Positions 1 through 10,351 are shown, counted from the first letter of the stretch. The stretch is DNA of 64,000 nt from Candidatus Cloacimonadota bacterium (GCA_049903315.1 JBNGBT010000004.1:1-64000), one strand, 5' to 3'. Notes: generated from the letters alone by a model not told the origin. Program-made: numbers and translations.

Positions 1-240
1 TGACGAGTTAACACCAATGGAGAAATTAATAGCATATTTCTTCCCTAAAAGTGTAAACAACGCGTGAAAATCTTACACACAATTTATTCAATAAGGTAAG
101 GAAGATAGAATTATGTTTTGAATTACAATAGAATGATTATTTTCATAGAAACATATCAAATTAAATTTTCCTTTAGAATATTATCTTATTTCCAACATTT
201 GACACTAAATAATAAAAGTGTCTTTTGTTGGAGGCATGTA

Positions 241-1005
241 GTGAATCAGAAAAATAAAGAAATAGAACAAACTATAAGAAAAAGATTTAGTGACAGTGAC
301 TATATTTACCGAGAAGAGTTGTATAATTTTCTAAACAAAAAATTCTATACAAATTTAAAGAACACAACTTTTCGTTGGCGATTATACGAATTAACAAAAT
401 CAAATGTACTTACTCCTGTAAAAAGAAGGATTTATCAATTAAGTGCGGATAAAAAAATTTATAGACCAAACATTACGAGTCTTCAAAGAAAGATTAACAA
501 TTTAATAAAAAGAAATTATAATAAATTGAACTACTGCACCTGGAACTCTATATGGTTTAATGAATTCTCAAGACATCAAGCTGCTCAAAATATTGTGCTA
601 CTATAAGTTAAAAAAGAATTTGTAAGAAGTGTCTTTAATTTACTTATAGACAAATCTTTTCGAAATGTTTATCTGGAACCCAAAAAAGATATTGTTGAAA
701 CATATATTTCGGAGTATAATAATTCAATTGTGGTTAAATCACTGATCACTAAATCACCAATTATGGAAGAATCCGGGATAACGGTTCCTCAGATAGAGAA
801 AATGTTAGTAGATCTTTATTGTGATAAAAGGCTATTATTGCCTTATAAGGGTAAAGAGGAAAATATCATTTTTCGTAATGCATTTGATGAATACCAGATC
901 GATTTATCTAGGCTTATAAATTATAGTAAAAGAAGAAATAAGAACATTACAATAACTAATTATCTTGTTAATACTATCAATATTGAGAAGAGGTTACTCT
1001 TATGA
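241..1005 (+). pseudogene. DUF6577-like / AbiEi-type antitoxin interrupted by an in-frame TAA at 604-606
   Basis: ORFs 118..606 and 730..1005 share a frame, and the frame reads on past the stop (NIVLL*VKKEFVRSVF, likely GAA>TAA). N-terminal wHTH-like TFRWRLYEL and C-terminal EKMLVDLYCD. The stop overlaps the ATG of an AbiEii-like gene. Confidence 0.7.
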
Positions 1006-1375
1006 TTGAAAGAACTTCTTACAGTATAGAATGGATTGATAGTCTAAGGAAAAACAATTTAGGTATTGATCCCAATCTATGCGAAAAGATGATTAAAGCT
1101 TTGAGTTTGCTGGAGTTATTGGTCATTAATAAATTAGATTTGATATTTAAAGGTGGAACATCTTTTACTTTTGATTAATGATCCTGAGAGATTTTCCATT
1201 GATGTTGATATCATTACAGAAGAATCAAAAGAATCAGTTGAGGTAATCTTAAAGAAACTTGTGGATAATGGAAATTTTAAAAAGTTCCATGAAAAGCAAA
1301 GGAAAACAAAGGAATTCCCAAAGCTCATTATTATTTTTACTATGATTCAGTATTAAACGGTAAGGAATTCTATGT
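1002..1375 (+). pseudogene. AbiEii/AbiGii-family nucleotidyltransferase toxin, frameshifted and truncated
   Basis: ATG 1002 gives MIERTSYS...EKMIKALSLLE...IFKGGTS. A frameshift near 1163 leads to LLLINDPERFSIDVDII (FKGGT...RFSxDxD motif). A second frameshift near 1321 leads to AHYYFYYDS, after which similarity is lost. Confidence 0.8.
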
Positions 1376-1528
1376 GATCAGTTGGAATCCTTCAGAACTC
1401 ACCAATGGTATGTACTTCTATAGGATCAACATGGAAACAAAAATCCTGTTAGAAAAATTCGTCATTATTCATTGATCGATAGTATAATAAAAATAGTAGA
1501 ATTGGATGCGTGTTCAATAAAGAATGTG

Positions 1529-2701
1529 TTATAACTGATATCCATAGAGAGTGTTCTCTGAATCACAGTATTTTTTTGAGACCACGTAATATTCCGAGAT
1601 TCCCAGATCCTCTGCGAGTCTTGATAATTTCCTGTGATCACTTTCAGAAGGATGAATTTTGACTTCATACGCATTTTTCTGGTCAATGATAAAATCGATT
1701 TCAACACCGCTTTTTCGCTGATAATAATTCACTTTTCCTTGTGGCAGAAGAGATTGAAAAACGCCATTTTCAAATATATGTCCCATGTCCAGCTGTGAGA
1801 AGTGATGGAGCAGTCCAGTGTCGCAGACGTATATCTTGGGTGATTTTCTTATCTCAGTATCCCTTCCTTTGCTGAAAGGAGCTATACGGTGTATAAAGAA
1901 CGTATCACATAGAAACGACACATATTTATCAAGTATCTGGCGGGAAATGCCGAGTTCCTTGGACAATTTCTGATAATTGAGTCTGGATCCGGCGCGTTGC
2001 ATTAACAGGATGATCAATTCGCGTATCTTCTCATTTTTCCTGAAATCACCTAATTCAGTCACTTCTAGGTGATAATAAGAGGTAAAAATATCATTCAATG
2101 AACGTTCCTTTTCATCCTTTGTCTCTTTGAGAACAACCCCGGGAAATCCTCCGTATTCAAGATACTCGTTAAAATACGGTGAGATAGTATCATGGAGTGG
2201 TCGAGGAACCGTCTCACCTTTGGGAGGGATCTGGATATCTATCTGTTTAAATGTAAGGAACTCACAAAACGAGAGGGGATACAAATTAAAAATGTACTTT
2301 CTTCCGGCAAGCGTCTCGGTAAAATAGTTCTTTAGATAGAAACTAGCGGAGCCAGTAAGAAAGAACTTGGTCTTATAATGGTCAATAAAGTATTTTACCA
2401 CCGACGGCAGTTGTTTTACGAACTGTATCTCATCAATAAAAATGTACATTCGTTTTGAGAAATCCAACCCCAGTCCTGATAAAACAGATCGTATTTGATC
2501 GTAATTCGTTTCTTCAAAATACTTCCTGTTCAGGGGATTCTCCAGATCAATGAACAGTTTGTTCTCACTGTCGATCTGTTCGTATACGTAGGTAAGGACT
2601 GTAGTTTTTCCTGTTCTTCTCATCCCAGTTATGATGACCGCTTCAGGGTTATCATAATACCTGCTGATCAACTGAAAAATATCTCTTTGTTTAATTTTCA
2701 T
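1529..2701 (-). CDS. AAA_14 family ATP-binding protein with DUF4143 C-terminal domain
   Basis: Walker A GMRRTGKT, Walker B FIDEIQ, LTGSAS, GGFP, KIYVCDTGL, EIDFI motifs. Confidence 0.9.
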   Translation of the reverse strand: MKIKQRDIFQLISRYYDNPEAVIITGMRRTGKTTVLTYVYEQIDSENKLFIDLENPLNRKYFEETNYDQIRSVLSGLGLDFSKRMYIFIDEIQFVKQLPSVVKYFIDHYKTKFFLTGSASFYLKNYFTETLAGRKYIFNLYPLSFCEFLTFKQIDIQIPPKGETVPRPLHDTISPYFNEYLEYGGFPGVVLKETKDEKERSLNDIFTSYYHLEVTELGDFRKNEKIRELIILLMQRAGSRLNYQKLSKELGISRQILDKYVSFLCDTFFIHRIAPFSKGRDTEIRKSPKIYVCDTGLLHHFSQLDMGHIFENGVFQSLLPQGKVNYYQRKSGVEIDFIIDQKNAYEVKIHPSESDHRKLSRLAEDLGISEYYVVSKKYCDSENTLYGYQL

Positions 2702-2949
2702 GACGAGATCGTGATCGATTACTATTTTTTGTCAAGCATAACTTACAAATAGTACTACTTTTTCTTAACTATGGTTTACAAATAGTCTTTATTGGCATAT
2801 TAGATACAATATTTTTCATGAAATATATTAATACACAAACCCTTTTATCAAATTCTAAAAATCCTGAGGTAACCAGTAGTAATATGCATAAAAACCGGAC
2901 AAATTTAAAGTTAAAAAACAAATTTGTCCAATAGCGTGGAGTGTATCAA

Positions 2950-3588
2950 ATGTATATAAAACGAGATTCAGAAGCATTACTAAACAAGTTTTCCCGACAG
3001 TATCCTGTAATAACTATTACCGGTCCAAGACAATCCGGTAAAACAACATTGTGCAAACATACTTTTCCGGAAAAAAAATACGTCTCTCTTGAAGATCTTG
3101 ATATGAGAGAATTCGCAGAAAATGATCCGCGAGGATTCTTATCGAAGTATTCGGGTGGAGTTATTATCGATGAGGTTCAACGTGTTCCCCAACTCCTTTC
3201 ATATATTCAGGTAATAGTAGATACAAAGCAGCAGAAGGGCGAATTTATTCTTACAGGCAGCTCTCAATTTGAGCTTTCAAAGAAAATCACTCAATCACTA
3301 GCCGGCAGGACTGCATTATTAAAGCTTTTTCCCTTTTCTTATACTGAGATCTACGACAAGACAGAGAGAACAAGAGAGTGGATAAATCACGTTATATATA
3401 CTGCATTTTATCCTCGGATATTTAAGGATTCCTTAGATCCGACGGATTATTATTCCGCATATTCAGAAAGGTATATCGAACGTGATGTCAGGCAATTCAG
3501 TGAAATTCGGGATCTGAAAACCTTTGGGACTTTTCTGAAATTATGTGCCAGTCATCTATCATTATCGCGAGATCTAGATCCTTTGTAG
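2950..3588 (+). pseudogene. AAA_14 family ATPase, 3'-truncated (lacks DUF4143)
   Basis: GPRQSGKT, IIDEVQ, LTGSSQ, ERDVRQ. Family-like sequence ends at LKLCA (~3550), where it collides with a convergent truncated gene. Confidence 0.8.
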
Positions 3589-3766
3589 CCCTGAGAGCTA
3601 GATCAGTTCCAAAAACATACTTAATGAGAAGATCCCTGGCGATGGCCCCGATAACAATAAATTCAAAATCAAGTTTTCTAGAAACGTCAACGATCAAACT
3701 CAAAATGGGTTTCAAGTAATGATAGTCATTATCAGTTATTCTGAATTCTTCATTTAAATAATTCAT
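3549..3766 (-). pseudogene. AbiEii-like (COG4849-type) nucleotidyltransferase, N-terminal fragment only
   Basis: IGAIARDL...RATKDLDLAI NTase motif. Coupled to the upstream AbiEi-like gene. Ends after about 72 codons at the ~3550 junction. Confidence 0.75.
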
Positions 3767-4748
3767 GAGCTATCTCAATATTCCGATCGTTTCCGGAAAG
3801 CATCAGATCAGCATAGATCAATGATTCAGGAACAATATTATTCTTCTGTTCAGAATCTATATCTTTATTCCAAAATATATGAAGAAGCTCCAATGAACCT
3901 TTTTGATCCGGGATCAAATGTAATTTTTTTACAACCTGTATGGGATTTATTCTTGTATAGATGATCTGATCCTGACTTCTAATATTCTTATTCATAATTT
4001 CTGCAGCAATTTCTCCACCCCAATAGCATCCTTCGGTTAAGGTGACCTTTTTTGGCTGGTCAATAGTTCTGTACCTTGCCACAAAATATTTTGGTCGAAG
4101 TTTTCTTCCATAAGCCACACACCACTGATCCAGTAGTTGATTTTTGTTTCTGAGTATCCTCTTTTCCCTTAATGTATATACAAAATTATTCTCTTTTAAA
4201 TCTTTCAATATTTTCGAGATCGAACCAGATGATATTCCTACGATATCCGATAATACTTTGTAGCTATTTGAAACACTCTCTGGTTTGTTCAAAAGATGAA
4301 ACACAAGTTTTAGTCCCGACGGTTCAAATGCGGCACCAGTAATTTCAATTTTTTTAGCTTTAACCGGATACTTAAAATATAACATCAATGAATTCTGATG
4401 AATAAAAACATTTCCGGAAGTATTTATGAACGAAATGTCATTCTTCAAGAGATGTTCTTCGATCTTTGGTGTAATATATTCACCAGCGAATAAAATATGT
4501 TGTTCTTGTGATAAGCATGATTGATCTTTAATCAGTTGTATTCCACTGGAGCCCACCAACCGCTTTTTTATGATCACATTAAATAGATACTTTTTGTTTT
4601 GCTGGGTGATACTCACAATGAAACCATTCGAATGTGGACTATGAGTATACTCCTTTTCTTGAACGTGTAATGTGACGTGTAATCTTTCTAAATGAGTATT
4701 TATTTCTAATATCCTATTTTGAAGGAAATTACAGTTATTAGTGTTCAT
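3750..4748 (-). CDS. Type IV TA AbiEi-family antitoxin (COG4861/DUF2186-like)
   Basis: Central wHTH (SYKVLSDIVGISSGSISKILKDL), LLDQW..AY..KLRPK, WGGEIAA, LIYADL; GGAGG RBS. Confidence 0.8.
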   Translation of the reverse strand: MNTNNCNFLQNRILEINTHLERLHVTLHVQEKEYTHSPHSNGFIVSITQQNKKYLFNVIIKKRLVGSSGIQLIKDQSCLSQEQHILFAGEYITPKIEEHLLKNDISFINTSGNVFIHQNSLMLYFKYPVKAKKIEITGAAFEPSGLKLVFHLLNKPESVSNSYKVLSDIVGISSGSISKILKDLKENNFVYTLREKRILRNKNQLLDQWCVAYGRKLRPKYFVARYRTIDQPKKVTLTEGCYWGGEIAAEIMNKNIRSQDQIIYTRINPIQVVKKLHLIPDQKGSLELLHIFWNKDIDSEQKNNIVPESLIYADLMLSGNDRNIEIAHELFK

Positions 4749-4794
4749 TATTTACCTCCGTTCATTATAAATGAACATACCAAAATTAATGAAC
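4743..4794 (-). promoter_or_regulatory. Inverted GTTCATT/AATGAAC repeats at the AbiEi start (putative autoregulatory operator)
   Basis: Palindrome GTTCATT-ATA-AATGAAC at 4760-4776, nested within GTTCATTA (4743-4750) and TAATGAAC (4787-4794). Confidence 0.45.
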
Positions 4795-5368
4795 AAATTT
4801 CTCCTCATTATATTATGTGTCAATAAATTTGAGCTGCTTTCCATCAAATTATTCGAATATTCATTTTTATAGTACATAAGAATATACAACTGAATGAACC
4901 AAAATATCGCTTATGCATGAGTATTTCTCTTATACTACACATCTTGCAGATGACTTTTCTCATTCCACAATTCTTGCCTGAATGTGAAGTAATCATCAAG
5001 TTACAATCTTACAAACTATCCGAATCCCATTAGTTCAAACATCAATAACCTTGCTGCAGATGTTCTCATTTTTTCATTTTAGATTTATAGTAAACCACCA
5101 AAAGTAAATAAATACAAAAAGCTTCACTGTAAATGCTGATATTCTCGTAGCGAAAGCAATTATTAACAATGCACTCATCTTGTTGTTACTGCAAAACCAT
5201 TGACATTAGAACACTACCCTTACCTGAGTCGAATGATGATTGAAGAATGCTGATTTATGATTGTAGAACGACAACCGTATCGAAGAAAGATATCCGTTCA
5301 CAAGGCATGAGACTATATTACAAACTGGCAAACAGGTATATGAGATCGAGAGATCGCTATATTGTAAT

Positions 5369-5629
5369 TTATTTCTCGACTAATCGACCCTTTACATACT
5401 TATGAAGCACACTTGCAATTAATGTCTGATATGGTATCCCCTCTGCAAGAGATTTCGCTTTTAATTCATTCACGATCTTTTCGGATAGACGGATATTGAT
5501 CCGTTTATTCTTCAGAAATGTATTTCGTGCAGCTTCAGAAAGTTCTTTTTTCTTTACTGCTATGTTATGTACAGGAAGCCATTCACCTTTTTCAAAGGAA
5601 TCTAAAATTTCTTTTTCATATTTATCCAT
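5369..5629 (-). CDS. CopG/BrnA-like ribbon-helix-helix antitoxin
   Basis: KRINIRLS...GIPYQTLIASVLHKY signature; directly downstream of a BrnT-like toxin. Confidence 0.8.
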   Translation of the reverse strand: MDKYEKEILDSFEKGEWLPVHNIAVKKKELSEAARNTFLKNKRINIRLSEKIVNELKAKSLAEGIPYQTLIASVLHKYVKGRLVEK

Positions 5630-5639
5630 ATAAACCTTC

Positions 5640-5912
5640 TTACTTATCTAAATATTTTTTTGTTGCCTTTCGGCTGGGTATTATAGTTTTTAGAAATATT
5701 TCATCATCAGTTTCAACATAGGGAACCAAATATGCGTACTGATTACATTCAACGATCATGATCATCTGATTCGGATATTTCTCATCATTCGGATGTGTGA
5801 GAATATCTATAATTTGCCCATTTTCAATTTGAACCACAATTTCTTCGAATGAGATATTCCGTTCTTGCTTCAATTGCTCATTTTTTTCTTCATTCCACGT
5901 AAAATATTTCAT
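5640..5912 (-). CDS. BrnT-family toxin
   Basis: F.WNEEKNEQLK.ER.ISFEE, HPN..KYPNQ, FLKTIIPSRKATK motifs. Confidence 0.8.
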   Translation of the reverse strand: MKYFTWNEEKNEQLKQERNISFEEIVVQIENGQIIDILTHPNDEKYPNQMIMIVECNQYAYLVPYVETDDEIFLKTIIPSRKATKKYLDK

Positions 5913-6255
5913 AACAAAAAAATATATTCCGTGTGCCTTTTGTCAACCCTTTTCTATTATATGAATGTTGGATTTGTCCCACAACCTCGATAAAGGTTAC
6001 AAGATATCATGAAGGCATGGAAGTCTTTTCCTACCAGTTTATGCCATTCTTTTGCTCATTTGTATCGCATTCTGAGATTAAAATCTGCTCTTATGAGAGC
6101 ATTCTCGTGTTATTGTAACAAATCACTTGAAATTGTATGAATGCAAATCTTTTCTTCAATATCCCGTTGGGTTCTGGGACAACTCCATATAAAAGTATAT
6201 AAAGAATGAAAAAAGAATGCACAACTTAAATAATAGTAAACAGTTAACTAAAAAC

Positions 6256-6329
6256 AGCCAACTGAGATCAGGTAGTCGATTAAAGCAACAATTGCTTTTT
6301 CCATTAGTACACCTGATCTTAGGTTCGGC
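6256..6329 (+). mobile_element. attC-like recombination site upstream of hipBA
   Basis: AGCCAAC, 5-nt spacer, TCAGGT ... ACCTGA, 6-nt spacer, GTTCGGC. Internal AAAGCAA/TTGCTTT stem. The 5/6 spacing matches attC geometry. Confidence 0.6.
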
Positions 6330-6371
6330 ACACAGAGAGATAAGGAGTCAAATACGGCTTTGTGAGTCACT

Positions 6372-6490
6372 AATGTTCCCGTTCGGTAATATTTAAGCCA
6401 AAAGGCTCGTATTCGAGAAAATGTTCCCGCTCGGTAATATTTTCCTTGACAGACATTCCACGGTAATGGTATATTGCCGATCAGTAACAT
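6372..6490 (+). promoter_or_regulatory. hipBA promoter with three operator-like repeats
   Basis: AATGTTCCCG(T/C)TCGGTAATATTT at 6372-6394 and 6420-6442, and a degenerate inverted copy at 6471-6490. TTGACA (6446-6451), 18 nt, TGn-TATATT (6470-6475). Confidence 0.6.
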
Positions 6491-6728
6491 GAATTTTAAA
6501 AGTCCAAAGCAGCTTGGCGCTGCTATTCGCGCAAGGCGCAAACAGTTGAAGGTCACCCAGAAGGATCTTGCGATGACCTGTGGTACGGGTCTGCGCTTCG
6601 TTATTGATCTTGAGAAGGGCAAGCCGACCTGCCAGATCGGTAAAATCCTGCAGGTTCTCCAGGCCCTGGGACTCAAACTCCAGATCACTAGCCCTGGCGT
6701 TGTCACTGACCAAGACGAGAAGTCATGA
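6489..6728 (+). CDS. hipB: HipB-like XRE/HTH antitoxin (y4mF type)
   Basis: LGAAIRARRKQLKVTQKDLA..CGTGLRFVIDLEKGKPTCQ HTH; ATGA overlap with hipA. Confidence 0.9.
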   Translation: MNFKSPKQLGAAIRARRKQLKVTQKDLAMTCGTGLRFVIDLEKGKPTCQIGKILQVLQALGLKLQITSPGVVTDQDEKS

Positions 6729-7981
6729 ATAACTTGATCGTTTATCTCAACGCTGAGAGAGTCGGAAGCCTCCAACAAGACTATAGTGGCTTGCTGCAAT
6801 TCTCCTACGATCGGACATGGCTTGAAAAACCGAGTGCCATACCCCTCTCCCGTTCACTGCCTCTCCAAAGCCAGAGGTTCTCGGGGAAAAAGACTCGGCC
6901 CTTCTTTGCTGGCATACTACCTGAAGACGAACCACGAGAAAAGATAGCGGAGATTCTCGGGATCAGTGACACCAACGACTTCGCTATGCTAGAGAGAATA
7001 GGAGGCGAGTGCGCTGGCGCTGTCAGCCTGCTTCCTGAAGGTGTTGCTCCAACATGTCCGGAAAATACCCAGCATCGCGAACTGACCCAACCAGAGTTGC
7101 AACAGATTATTGCCGAGTTGCCCGGTCGTCCCTTGATGGTTGGTACGAATGGACTGCGACTCTCACTCGCCGGTGCGCAGGACAAATTGCCCGTTATCGT
7201 TCATAACAAGGGAATATGTCTCCCTGTTGGCAATACTCCTAGTACCCACATACTGAAACCAGAGCCAGATCGTTTTCCGGGACTGGCCGTCAACGAGATC
7301 TTCTGTATGACTCTAGCGCAGACAGTTGGTTTGAACGCGGCCAATACAGAATATCGTCCGATCGGAAGGAAATCGTGCATTTTAGTTCAAAGATATGATC
7401 GAGTAACTGATGAAAAAGGCCGTACGACCCGACTCCACCAGGAGGACTTCTGCCAGGCACTGGGATTTCCGCCGGAGCGAAAGTACCAGACAGAGGGAGG
7501 TCCGATGCTTAGCGACTGCATTTCGTTGCTTAAGGACTGGTCCACGACACCCGTGCTTGATGTTCCCAATTTCATCAACGGTCTGATCTTCAATGTGTTG
7601 ATCGGCAATGCCGACGCTCACGGCAAGAACTACTCGTTATTGTATTCTGGTGGCGAACGACGGCTATCTCCCTATTATGATCTTGTCTCCACTCTTGCGT
7701 GGCCTGATCTTTCTAAGAATCTCGCGATGAAGATTGGTGGCTGCGAATCAATCAACGCGTTCACGATTGGTGATTGGAAGAAGATGGCAAAGAAGAGTGG
7801 TCTTGGTTGGCCGATGATACGAGAACGAATGGAGGAAAACTGTCACAGCATTCTGAACGGGCTCGGTAAGGTCCAGGCACAGACCAGAGAGTACGGTGAA
7901 TCTATAGTCGCACTACTTCATGAAACCATAGGAGATCGAGTAGCCAGAATGCTTGAAGCGCTTTCCAAGCAAGATTACTAG
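6725..7981 (+). CDS. hipA: HipA-family Ser/Thr kinase toxin
   Basis: RLSLAGAQDK, THILKP, RLHQEDFCQALG, GNADAHGKNYS, LSPYYD motifs. Confidence 0.95.
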   Translation: MNNLIVYLNAERVGSLQQDYSGLLQFSYDRTWLEKPSAIPLSRSLPLQSQRFSGKKTRPFFAGILPEDEPREKIAEILGISDTNDFAMLERIGGECAGAVSLLPEGVAPTCPENTQHRELTQPELQQIIAELPGRPLMVGTNGLRLSLAGAQDKLPVIVHNKGICLPVGNTPSTHILKPEPDRFPGLAVNEIFCMTLAQTVGLNAANTEYRPIGRKSCILVQRYDRVTDEKGRTTRLHQEDFCQALGFPPERKYQTEGGPMLSDCISLLKDWSTTPVLDVPNFINGLIFNVLIGNADAHGKNYSLLYSGGERRLSPYYDLVSTLAWPDLSKNLAMKIGGCESINAFTIGDWKKMAKKSGLGWPMIRERMEENCHSILNGLGKVQAQTREYGESIVALLHETIGDRVARMLEALSKQDY

Positions 7982-8038
7982 CCGAACCAACGAATTCGGC
8001 CGACTCATTACACTCGCGGCTGATCCGCGACGTTATAC
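7981..8038 (+). mobile_element. attC site closing the hipBA gene cassette
   Basis: GCCGAAC-CAACG-AATTCGGC-CGAC...GCG-GCTGATC-CGCGAC-GTTATAC: 58 bp, 5/6-nt spacers, starting at the hipA stop. R'' GCCGAAC is the exact reverse complement of GTTCGGC at 6323-6329. Confidence 0.85.
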
Positions 8039-8455
8039 ACTAAATAAAACATGACTCAATACACTATAAAAATTTATGATCATAAACATTTGGGTATACC
8101 CAAAGAATAGTATTAATTTTAATGATTTCGGTTATTTTGTTGTTGAAAAAATACCTATGTTCATATCATCTTCAAGTTCAGTTCATAAAAATAACAAATT
8201 GACAATTATTGCTGCAATGTTGTTTTCAAAAAATACATTTTCCCGTTTCTTTTTTAGTCCGTTTGAGGTGGGATTCGGATATAATAGATGCAGTTCCTCC
8301 CAACTTAACTAATTTGCCTGGAACATTTACTGCTCAAGGGATCTTTGGTTAGTTTATTCATATCAATACAGAGGAAAACATGGTGTCAATCGTGTGGAGT
8401 GCGTGGGAAACTCCATGGATCGATCCTAAAGAAGATGAAACGTATTGTTTCCTGA

Positions 8456-10351
8456 CTAATCTATCTTTACGATCGTTCCGTTGATTTTATTTTCACCGAA
8501 CTGTAAAGAAAACAAGTATATTCCATTCGAGAGTTCAGTTCCGTGGTCATTCTTTCCATCCCAGAAAACGGATCGATCTCTCTGAACATATTCATTCTCC
8601 ATGAGAGTTCGCACCTTTTGCCCCCTTTGGTTATAAACTATGAGGGAGCATTTTGATTCATTTATCAGAGTAAAATGAATCGTTATTCCTTCTGAACATG
8701 GGATCGGATAGCTTGAGAGATGCTCAAGTGTGTGCATCTGATTATTGTGGATACCAACTCCCTGGTAGGTAAACTGAATGGTCACAATCACTGACTCACC
8801 CTCATCATACACTGCTTTGATTCCTGCAGTATATTGTTGTCCTGTGTTGAGATCTTCAAACTGAAAATACAAATCACCTGTTGACATTAGATAACTGTCA
8901 TCAAGATACACATCATAATGGAGAAGAGTGATTCCAGAGTAATCCGGTTCACTCCACGTGAAAAATCCAGTCATTGGATCTACCGAAAGCTCTGTGGGAG
9001 CAGGAAGATAGGGAGAAGGTGGGGGAGACTGAGGATTATCTATAAGGAAAGGATAGGTAACCTCCTGGATTATGGTCCAGATAGAATCATAATCCCAGTT
9101 CGTGTAAAAATTTTTATCGATCATCTGGTCTGTGGTTAAACCGATCCCACCTGCACTTGAAGACTGGGAAGATGTCTCAGTATTCCAGTACCCATACTGA
9201 ACGATACCTCTGTTATTATATCCTATCAGTCCACCCGTTGGAGGATTTCCCGACACATTTCCCACAGAATATGAATACTCAACTATTGCATCATCACCCT
9301 GTTCGCCGACCAGTCCACCGACACCCTTCTGATAAGCAACAGAGTTCGTTCCGTAGACAGTACCTGTTGCATACGAATTGGTGATCAGGTTGAGATTCTC
9401 ACCGGCAAGACCTCCGACACTTCCATCACCATCAACATCACCTGTGGCATAACAATACTGGATGACCGGATTATCCATTCCTGGTAAACCGCCGTTAGAA
9501 CCAACAAGTCCTCCAGTACAATTGGTCGTGCTTGTGACATTGCCGGTTGCAAAGGAATAACTGATGGTCCCATCGTAATTTCGTCCAACAAGACCTCCTG
9601 TATAAATATAACCACTCACATTTCCAGTTGCATGACAATGATAGATCGTGCTTTCGTTCCATCCGACAAGTCCGCCAAAACTGTTATTACCGTAACCGGT
9701 TACCTGGCATGTGGAAAAGCTATAACTTATACTTCCTGCGTAGTGGCGACCGACCAATCCACCTGCATTGTTTCCAGTAGTTGCAATGACAAAACCTGAA
9801 GTGGAGCAATTATCGATAGTACCTTCATTGCGCCCGGTCAAACCGCCGACCCTTGAATCAGCGGTTATGGTGCCCGATATAGTACTGTTGGAAATAGTCC
9901 CTTTCTGAAATCCAGCGAGACCTCCGACCATGCTGTAACCAGTAACATCAACTCCGGTGATTATGAGATTCGTGATATGTGCATCCGAATGAACGTAACC
10001 GAACAAGCCGATATACCAGTTATCAGGTCTGTTTATGAAGAGATTTTCAATTCTGTAGCTGTTGCCATCGAAATTTCCAGCAAACTGGTTGGATGCAGTG
10101 CCCATCGGTTCCCAGCCGGGATCGACATTATAGGGAGGAACATTAAGGTCAATATCATTGATAAGAATGAAGTGTTTGTCAATATGAGCCGTTCCGAGAT
10201 AATTTCTCACCTCATTCAGATGAGTGGGGGTTGCGATCTGCCATGGGTCAGAAGCTGATCCATCACCACCTGCAAAGGAATAGAGCTGCCAGCTCATTAG
10301 AAAAGATATTATAAGCAAAAGATACATTTTTTTATTCATTTCATTCTCCAT
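8456..10351 (-). CDS. Secreted GLUG-repeat protein with FN3-like and FlgD-Ig/T9SS-like C-terminal domain
   Basis: Signal peptide, FAGGDGSASDPWQI, many (V)GGLVG repeats, C-terminal YNQRGQKVRTL...WDGKNDHG..LSNGIYL. Confidence 0.85.
   Translation of the reverse strand: MENEMNKKMYLLLIISFLMSWQLYSFAGGDGSASDPWQIATPTHLNEVRNYLGTAHIDKHFILINDIDLNVPPYNVDPGWEPMGTASNQFAGNFDGNSYRIENLFINRPDNWYIGLFGYVHSDAHITNLIITGVDVTGYSMVGGLAGFQKGTISNSTISGTITADSRVGGLTGRNEGTIDNCSTSGFVIATTGNNAGGLVGRHYAGSISYSFSTCQVTGYGNNSFGGLVGWNESTIYHCHATGNVSGYIYTGGLVGRNYDGTISYSFATGNVTSTTNCTGGLVGSNGGLPGMDNPVIQYCYATGDVDGDGSVGGLAGENLNLITNSYATGTVYGTNSVAYQKGVGGLVGEQGDDAIVEYSYSVGNVSGNPPTGGLIGYNNRGIVQYGYWNTETSSQSSSAGGIGLTTDQMIDKNFYTNWDYDSIWTIIQEVTYPFLIDNPQSPPPSPYLPAPTELSVDPMTGFFTWSEPDYSGITLLHYDVYLDDSYLMSTGDLYFQFEDLNTGQQYTAGIKAVYDEGESVIVTIQFTYQGVGIHNNQMHTLEHLSSYPIPCSEGITIHFTLINESKCSLIVYNQRGQKVRTLMENEYVQRDRSVFWDGKNDHGTELSNGIYLFSLQFGENKINGTIVKID

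Noticed and set aside
6248..7621. Minus-strand ORFs 6248..6799, 6393..6713, 6805..7185 and 7382..7621
   Set aside because: Antisense shadows of the GC-rich hipBA genes, with no recognisable motifs.
8039..8455. A further integron cassette after the hipA attC
   Set aside because: Only a short broken ORF follows, and I found no matching GTATAAC or attC downstream.
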